A DNA stretch of 64,000 nt from contig OZ024756.1 in assembly GCA_964016885.1 (NCBI GenBank), positions 44,392,001-44,456,000 on the forward strand, written 5' to 3'. Position 1 is the stretch's first letter; every line of letters starts with the position of its first letter. The notes under the pieces were generated by a model, which was not told where the DNA came from, made no database searches, and saw nothing but the letters and a program-made list of their open reading frames with translations. Both the position numbers and the translations under genes were made by a program. Below are positions 57,081 through 64,000 of this stretch, piece by piece. The stretch is from Eledone cirrhosa (taxonomy: Eukaryota).

Positions 57081-58214
57081 GATAATTTAGACAAAGATTG
57101 TTATTAAAACATGTATTGGATTTACCAGCGTTTTACTATATGTGTGTATATATACATATAAATATGTGTGTGTATACGTATATTTTTATATATGTATATA
57201 TGTGTATCCATTGTCTATAAGACAAATTATTGGGATCCCTTATTAAACACAAGTTAAATATTGATGGCTTATATTTAGATGAATAGAAATATTTGACAAG
57301 TTCCTACTTTTCATTTAGAACATTCTCGATAGTTTGTAGAAGCTATTTCTTATTCTAATTATATTCCTAACACAACCTGGCGTGGAATTGGCCACTTTCT
57401 TCTATTCAATTCATCTGTCTTGTGCCATTTCGTTAAATGATCTAATGCATCATTTTGTTGTGTTTGTATTCCTCTAGAGATTAGACGTGGGAAGTTCATC
57501 TCTCTCTCTCTGCATATTTCCCAGTCATGCTGTGTTCTATTGAAAAGTTGAGTCTAGACTTTAGATGATGGATGGTACACCTAAATCTTGGAACGTTAAG
57601 GTGAGTGTATATAGTGTATGTGCCTATGATATTGTACATTACTCTGCTGTAGAAATATAATTTCCTTACTCTTGCATATAATGTATCAAATGATAATTAG
57701 AAATTGAGATTACATTATAGCATACCTAGTTATTGTTTTGTTATTTTATTGGTGGTGGTGGTGGTGGTGATGTTGTTGTTCTTTTGTTACTGTTGTTGTT
57801 ACAACTGTTGTTGTTACTCTTGTTGTTGTTACTGCTGTTGTTGTTATTTAGTTAGCTGCCATCGAGTAGAATGATGATCCAATCTATTCCAGTCGTGCCC
57901 ATCCCATTTTCTTAGTAATATCAAGAATTACATCGTCTTTAAGACAGTGCAATATATGTATAAGGATATTTGAGGGAGTTAATTATAGGAGTCCAAGCAA
58001 TAATATTGATTCTTATGGGTTGTCTCATAGATTATCAAGTTGATATCATCGATCATTGAGAAAGAATCCACTCTAGCAGACTACATGTTGCCAAATTCTA
58101 TAATGTTTGACAATTAAGGTTACACAACATTTGGTCCTTACTTCTGAATATATTACTAGAATTTTTTTTTCGTTTTTCTATTGGCCATAGAACTGTGTAA
58201 CCTTATGACCAACA

Positions 58215-58480
58215 AAAGAAATTATTATCATTATTATGTTTTCTTCTCTCAGTCTCTAATACTGGAGATGTATTAAGGTGTCAGCCGTTCACTGTCAAGG
58301 ATCTGAGGTAACACCCTTTATATTTTAAAGCACCCTCGGTGGATTCGAACTCTTTCAAGCAGTACAGTTTTCTGCTAGGTCTCCACCCGTAATGCAAACC
58401 CCATTTGTTCAATCCACCTTTCAAGATCTTTAGCCAATGTTCTCAGGGCTCTGTTATTGGAAATCATGTGCTATCATTTC
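58215..58480 (-). pseudogene. degenerate Dong/R4-clade 3' fragment
   Basis: Minus strand RALRTLAKDLERWIEQMG...*QKTVLLERVRIHR, aligning to the GALG...LQK..LLGTARILR motif; TAA-like tail. Confidence 0.5.
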
Positions 58481-58488
58481 ATTTTCTT

Positions 58489-58583
<95 letters not shown>

Positions 58584-58584
58584 G

Positions 58585-58938
58585 TAACTTGAAAGCGGCC
58601 GACAGAACTAGAAACTGCTAAATGTGTGGCCGCCTTCTTGTCTCTGCCTTTTCAGCCCCATGGATTATATTCCTTTGTTAAATTTCGAATACCTGATGAT
58701 GTCACCGGATTCATACTGAACCCGGTCATTGAAATGTTCATAGTATAATAAACCTTTAACGAATTACACCAGTCCAGCCTCCTGTTATTTTATAATAATT
58801 AACTCCGTACTCGCACCACCAACAACAGAAACGAAGACGGATGAATTGCATTACGTCGAGTGTTCTCCCTATTACATCGAGGTTGTCCATACGGAATGAC
58901 CAGCTCTATCCAGTGGTGAACCAACAAAGCTAAATGAG
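58585..58938 (+). mobile_element. non-coding hammerhead element of about 350 bp between (CA)n/(TA)n runs
   Basis: ATAC-CTGATGA-TG..ACCGG-ATTCATACTGAAC-CCGGT-CATT-GAAATG-TT-C-ATA-GTAT at 58689-58746; inverted homolog at 60496-60856. Confidence 0.85.
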
Positions 58939-58947
58939 TATATATAT

Positions 58948-59015
58948 ATAATTTCAATTACCATTATATTTCCGTCTTTTCTGGCTGCGGGCTGCACATA
59001 CTAAAAAATAGAAGC

Positions 59016-59095
<80 letters not shown>

Positions 59096-59163
59096 GCTTC
59101 TATTTTTTAGTATGTGCAGCCCGCAGCCAGAAAAGACGGAAATATAATGGTAATTGAAATTAT
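58948..59163. repeat. (TA)n-centred palindrome with arms of about 74 bp
   Basis: ATTTCAATTACC...AATAGAAGCCATTTT-(TA)n-AAAATGGCTTCTATT...GGTAATTGAAAT. Confidence 0.92.
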
Positions 59164-59617
59164 TCAACAAAATTATTCGGTATGTAAAATTCAAATATTT
59201 TGAATTATATAGACGTGAAAAACAGCGGATGTCATAAAGATAGAGATAAATCTAGAAGATATCATGTAACATCCTCCTTGTGGAATATAGATAATAAGAA
59301 GATAATAATCTCACCAAGTCTTTAAATAACGTTAAATGTAAACAACAATTAGATCAATACTGTAATACAAAGTATGTTTGTTATATAATTTGTGTATATA
59401 AAAGATCTCTATACAATAGGGGAGGATGAAATATGTATGTGTGTATGTGATTATGTATGTGTGTATGTATGGGTTGTTGTGTGCGTGAGAGAGAGAGAGA
59501 GTGAAAAGAATAAAAGAAAAAGGGAGGGAACAATAGAAAGTGGAAAAAGGCTGAACAACGAGAGAGTGGGGGGAATGAGGAAAGAGAAAACAAAAGCGAG
59601 GATGAGGGGAGAAGAAT

Positions 59618-59658
<41 letters not shown>

Positions 59659-60074
59659 CCAAAAGAGAGTAAAGGGGAGAGTGATATAGAATAATTAAAC
59701 ATGGAACAAGAATGAGGAAGAAAAATATGAGACGTGTTAAAAAGAGAAGGAAAATATGAATGAGTTAGAAAGGTAGAAGAGAGATAGAGAGTAAAGGAGA
59801 GATAGCGAGAGAGAGAGAGAGGGAGAGAGAGAGTGAAGGGGAGAGAGAGAGAGTGAAGCGGGTAGGAAAGTGAGCAAGAGAGAAGTAAAAATAGAGGAGG
59901 AGGAGGAAGATATGAGATGGAGAGTGAGAGAAAAGTAGATAAAATAAAATAAAAAAGTGTGTGTGTGTGTGTGTGTGTGCGTGTGCGTGTGTGTGTGTGT
60001 GTAGAAGAGTTCAATTTGTCAGAATAATTACTGGGCAGAGAGATGTGGAAAACACGCAGGGATCCGTACATACA

Positions 60075-60110
<36 letters not shown>

Positions 60111-60145
60111 GCGTGTGTGCGTGTGTGTGTGCGTAACTAACACAT

Positions 60146-60195
<50 letters not shown>

Positions 60196-60427
60196 ATGTG
60201 TTAGTAGCCGGGTGAGATAATATTTAAGTGGGCGTGAAAATAGCAGGTTGAAAAGAAAGATAGAAAGCGAAGCAAATGAAAACATGGAGAACGTTTACAG
60301 CATCAACATATATTAAATATTTTCTACATTAAAATAGTGCATGAGTTTGCATGAAATGAAGCGTCAGTCACGAAACATCAAATACTTCGGATTTCAAACA
60401 CACACGCACACATACTCATATACACAT

Positions 60428-60495
<68 letters not shown>

Positions 60496-60499
<4 letters not shown>

Positions 60500-60854
60500 A
60501 GTTTGTTGGTTCACCACTGGATAGAACTGGTCATTCCGTATGGTCAACCACGATGTGATATTATGGAGAGCACTCAACGTAATGCAACTCACCCGTCTTC
60601 GTTTGGGTAGTTGGTGGTGCGAGTACGGAGTTAATTATTATAAAATAACAGGAGGCTGGACTTGTGTAAATCTTTGAAAGGTTTATTATACTATGATCAT
60701 TTCAATGACCGGGATCAGTATGAATCCGGTAACATCATCAGGTAATTCAAAATATAACGAAGGAATATAACAGATAAAATCCATGGGGCTGAAAATCAGA
60801 GACAAGAGGACGACCGGCAATTTAGCAGCTTCTATCTCTGTCGGCCGCCCTCAA

Positions 60855-60856
<2 letters not shown>
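60496..60856 (-). mobile_element. second copy of the 350-bp hammerhead element, flanked by (TA)n on both sides
   Basis: Minus strand TAC-CTGATGA-TGTTACCGG..CCGGTCATT-GAAATGATCATA-GTA (palindromic ATGATCAT helix III). Confidence 0.85.
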
Positions 60857-60926
<70 letters not shown>

Positions 60927-61268
60927 TATATATATATAATATATATATATATATAACGAGGAAACAGAAAACTCGAAAAAGACGGAGACATTGACAGTTC
61001 AAATACACTCCAGTTGTCATCTGGGATTCATCGTAGTTGCGGATATCTTAAAGACAAGATTATTCTTCCCAACACAATAGAATCTAAAAGGAAGATAACT
61101 ATTCAGGATGCTGGAGAAGAAAACAACGGTACAGATTGGATATTATTCAACAGAGGGTTACAGCAATGAAAATAGGATATTACAATTTTGAAATAAGGGT
61201 TTGGGTTGTTTACTACTCCTTAGTATTTTATAATAACGTCCCTTCATCAAACTAATGCCTGGATGGAT

Positions 61269-61299
<31 letters not shown>

Positions 61300-61350
61300 T
61301 ATAGATAGATAGATAGATAGATTTCTTTATTTACCATAAAGGCATAAAAT

Positions 61351-61421
<71 letters not shown>

Positions 61422-61919
61422 GATATGTGTATATGTATATAGGTAGATAGGCAGGTAGCTGGGTGTGTAGCTATTATTCAATATATACTATACACGTCAA
61501 CTGTTGTCGATATCAAACCAGATGTGTTTCTTTTATTTTATTTATTTATTCATTATTATTATTATTATTATTTGTAAAATTTTTCCTGCTCATGCGAAAT
61601 TCTTTTAGAAAAGTTTCAGAAAAATAACAAAGTTTTACAGTACATAAAACATCCAACTGTCAGATCTGTTTAGACATTATTCAAGTTGAATATGTGTTGC
61701 CAAAAATTATATAATACAATGTCTCTTCACATCATCATCATCAACATAAACAATATCAAGTTCGACATCGTTTAAAATTTTAGAACATCAGACTTTGTAG
61801 CGTCGTATATAACATAAAAATCATTAATATGTATTTGTTATTATTATTGTTGTACGTATATTTTATCATCTGGACTTAATTTATAGCTTATGCACTTCAT
61901 ACTATAAAGGTGTTTAAGA

Positions 61920-61949
<30 letters not shown>

Positions 61950-61952
<3 letters not shown>

Positions 61953-62013
61953 TAGTTTTGCGAGGTTTTTTATATGAAATCGTGTGTCGAAACAGATATT
62001 GTTATACAAGTAT

Positions 62014-62020
<7 letters not shown>
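61950..62020 (-). mobile_element. small PLE pLTR 3'-end fragment between (TA)n runs
   Basis: GAAATCGTGTGTCGAAACAGATATTGTTATAC matches 62801-62832; ends in the hairpin TATTGTTATAC-AA-GTATAACAATA. Confidence 0.6.
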
Positions 62021-62075
<55 letters not shown>

Positions 62076-62736
62076 GTACAAACATATACTGATGTCAGCA
62101 AAAATAAAACTCAATAAAAAGTGTGTTTGTGTGAGATAGAGAGAGAGATATTATTATTATTATTATTATCATTGCTGTTTTGTTATATCATTGTAACCTG
62201 TAACTTCACGATTTCTGGTGCTATCAGGACGGGAAGAAATTACCGACATGTCATTTAATATGCATTTATGTATATATGTATGTGTGTACATACATTTATT
62301 CACACAAACGTGTGTGTGTCTGTGTCTGTGTCTGTGTGTGTGTGTGTATGTGTGTGTGCAAATGGATCAGAATGTTCTCACATACTGTATTAAAGACAAG
62401 AATCTGTTCAAATTCAACGATTTTATGCTTATATATTTGGATTGTTCTTACATGTATAAGAATATTAACGTTTCGAAATCCTTGTAGCCTCATCTTTCTA
62501 TTATATATAGATGTATTGTAGTGGTCGCAAAGAAGTTTGGTACTAAATTAACTAAGACTGTAATGTCAGCCTTCTCCTTCGGCAATCACACTATCGGATG
62601 CAAATGCAGCCTCCATATTTAAATTATGCCAAGATGGCTCAGAAAGTTGATGTCACAACTCCTTTCAATTTTCCATCAACGGAAATGTGTTTTGTACAAC
62701 TTTGTAAACTTTTGTTTCAAATTTAGAAAAAACAAA

Positions 62737-62766
<30 letters not shown>

Positions 62767-62767
<1 letters not shown>

Positions 62768-64000
62768 CGTTTCTGAATTTGTTTAGCAAGATTTTTTATC
62801 TGAAATCGTGTGTTGAAACCGATATTGTTATACTTTGGGAGGGTCATGTTGCCAATAAGAAACACACGCACCCGTTGCTTTCACTTCAATTTATTATATA
62901 TTTATAAATTTATAAATTTACAAATCTACAAATTTATAAATTTCTGGTTGGTTGGTTGGTTCCACAACCAGATAGTTGTTTATATATAGTCATAGTCCTT
63001 TTGTCACACACTCTGTGACCTCTTCAGTGACTGGGGATTCCTTCTTTGTTTCTGTGCCTTTCTTCTGTCCTACGCCATTTTGTTTCTGTGTGTGTGTTGT
63101 GTGCTCAGTTTGCGCATGCGCCACATCCGGGTGTCTGTGTGTGTTTGTGTTCATTTATCTATTTGTTTATTTATTTATTTATTTACATGTTATTGGTTGG
63201 TTGTTTGTTCTATGTGTGTGTGTGTTTTCATTTTGTCCTTAATTGTAAGTTGTGATGTTGCTGTTCCACTCATATTTTCTATTTAATTTTGATTGTAATT
63301 CTTTTATGTTTATTGCCTCTGTAATTTGTCTAAACATTGCATCTTTTCTGTGTGTAGATTCTATTTTTATTTCTATGTTCTCTAATTTACCCTTGTGTTC
63401 TATCTTAGCATGTTGGTAGAGTACAGATGATTCTTTATTATCTTGAAGGTCTCGCCAGTGTTCATTTATCCGTTCCCCTATAATACGAGCTGTCTCACCT
63501 ATGTACACTATATTTTTGTTTCTACATTGTCCTTCAGTACATCTTATGCTATACACTACATTTCTAGTTTTACAGTTAATATGGAGGCTTATTTTACAGG
63601 TTATGCATTTCTTATCTATACATGAGGGTCTTTGAAACGGGTATGTCTTGCTAATAAGTGTTTTTACGGAGGTACCTGGTCTTTCTACTATCTTAATATT
63701 GAGTTTATGTTTATTTAGGGCCCTTCTAAATGTGTAGGCTAGTTCGTCTCTAGGGGTTGTATCGATGAACATTACACTCTGGTATTTATTGCTATCATAC
63801 CATGAGTTTATTCTATTGGCCTTGTTCCTAGTTCTTTCTATTCTATTCCAAAATTTGCTCCTATACAAGGGGCAGGTCCCATTTATGTCATTATTTACCA
63901 TTTTTTCCCATTTGGTTCTGGCTCTTCTATACACTCTGATTCTATCTCTCTGATTGTAGCCAGAGAACTGCATACGGTGGATGAAGTGTTGTATGTGTCT
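62767..64000 (-). mobile_element. Penelope-like element (same family as 5646-7034), runs off the window
   Basis: pLTR 62767-63238 abutting (TA)n; hammerhead at about 62990-63041 with GAAA changed to AAAA. Confidence 0.92.
63239..64000 (-). CDS. PLE ORF C-terminal part (RT thumb, Cys linker, GIY-YIG endonuclease), partial
   Basis: Uninterrupted 244+ aa: MQFSGY...CIDKKCITC...VVYSIRC...VYIGETAR...R.NEH...R.ITEA.NI....SKLNRKYEW. Confidence 0.85.
   Translation of the reverse strand, partial: RHIQHFIHRMQFSGYNQRDRIRVYRRARTKWEKMVNNDINGTCPLYRSKFWNRIERTRNKANRINSWYDSNKYQSVMFIDTTPRDELAYTFRRALNKHKLNIKIVERPGTSVKTLISKTYPFQRPSCIDKKCITCKISLHINCKTRNVVYSIRCTEGQCRNKNIVYIGETARIIGERINEHWRDLQDNKESSVLYQHAKIEHKGKLENIEIKIESTHRKDAMFRQITEAINIKELQSKLNRKYEWNSNITTYN

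Noticed and set aside
57380-57600. Possible RTE 3' remnant on the minus strand
   Set aside because: Too degenerate to support.

Overview
AT-rich, microsatellite-saturated eukaryotic DNA with no host protein-coding exon that I can support. The SINE families resemble those I know from octopod cephalopods (inference). Nearly all ORFs in the supplied track are microsatellite artefacts. Real content: two 5'-truncated Penelope-like (PLE, Neptune-type GIY-YIG) elements plus solo pseudo-LTRs; a young CR1/L2-group LINE 3' fragment; RTE fragments and a bipartite RTE-derived non-autonomous element; Dong/R4 fragments in (TAA)n; an internally deleted mariner; a piggyBac relic; and many tRNA-derived SINEs. 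The striking signal is about a dozen sequence-unrelated short non-coding elements that each carry a type-I minimal hammerhead-ribozyme motif (helix I-CUGANGA-helix II-GAAA-tiny, often palindromic helix III-NUH-helix I). They sit next to (TA)n or (TACA)n runs and frequently form head-to-head fold-back palindromes whose breakpoints cluster at the ribozyme. A second class of palindromes is centred on (TA)n itself. Together these suggest a diverse microsatellite-targeting PLE/hammerhead system that generates genomic hairpins.
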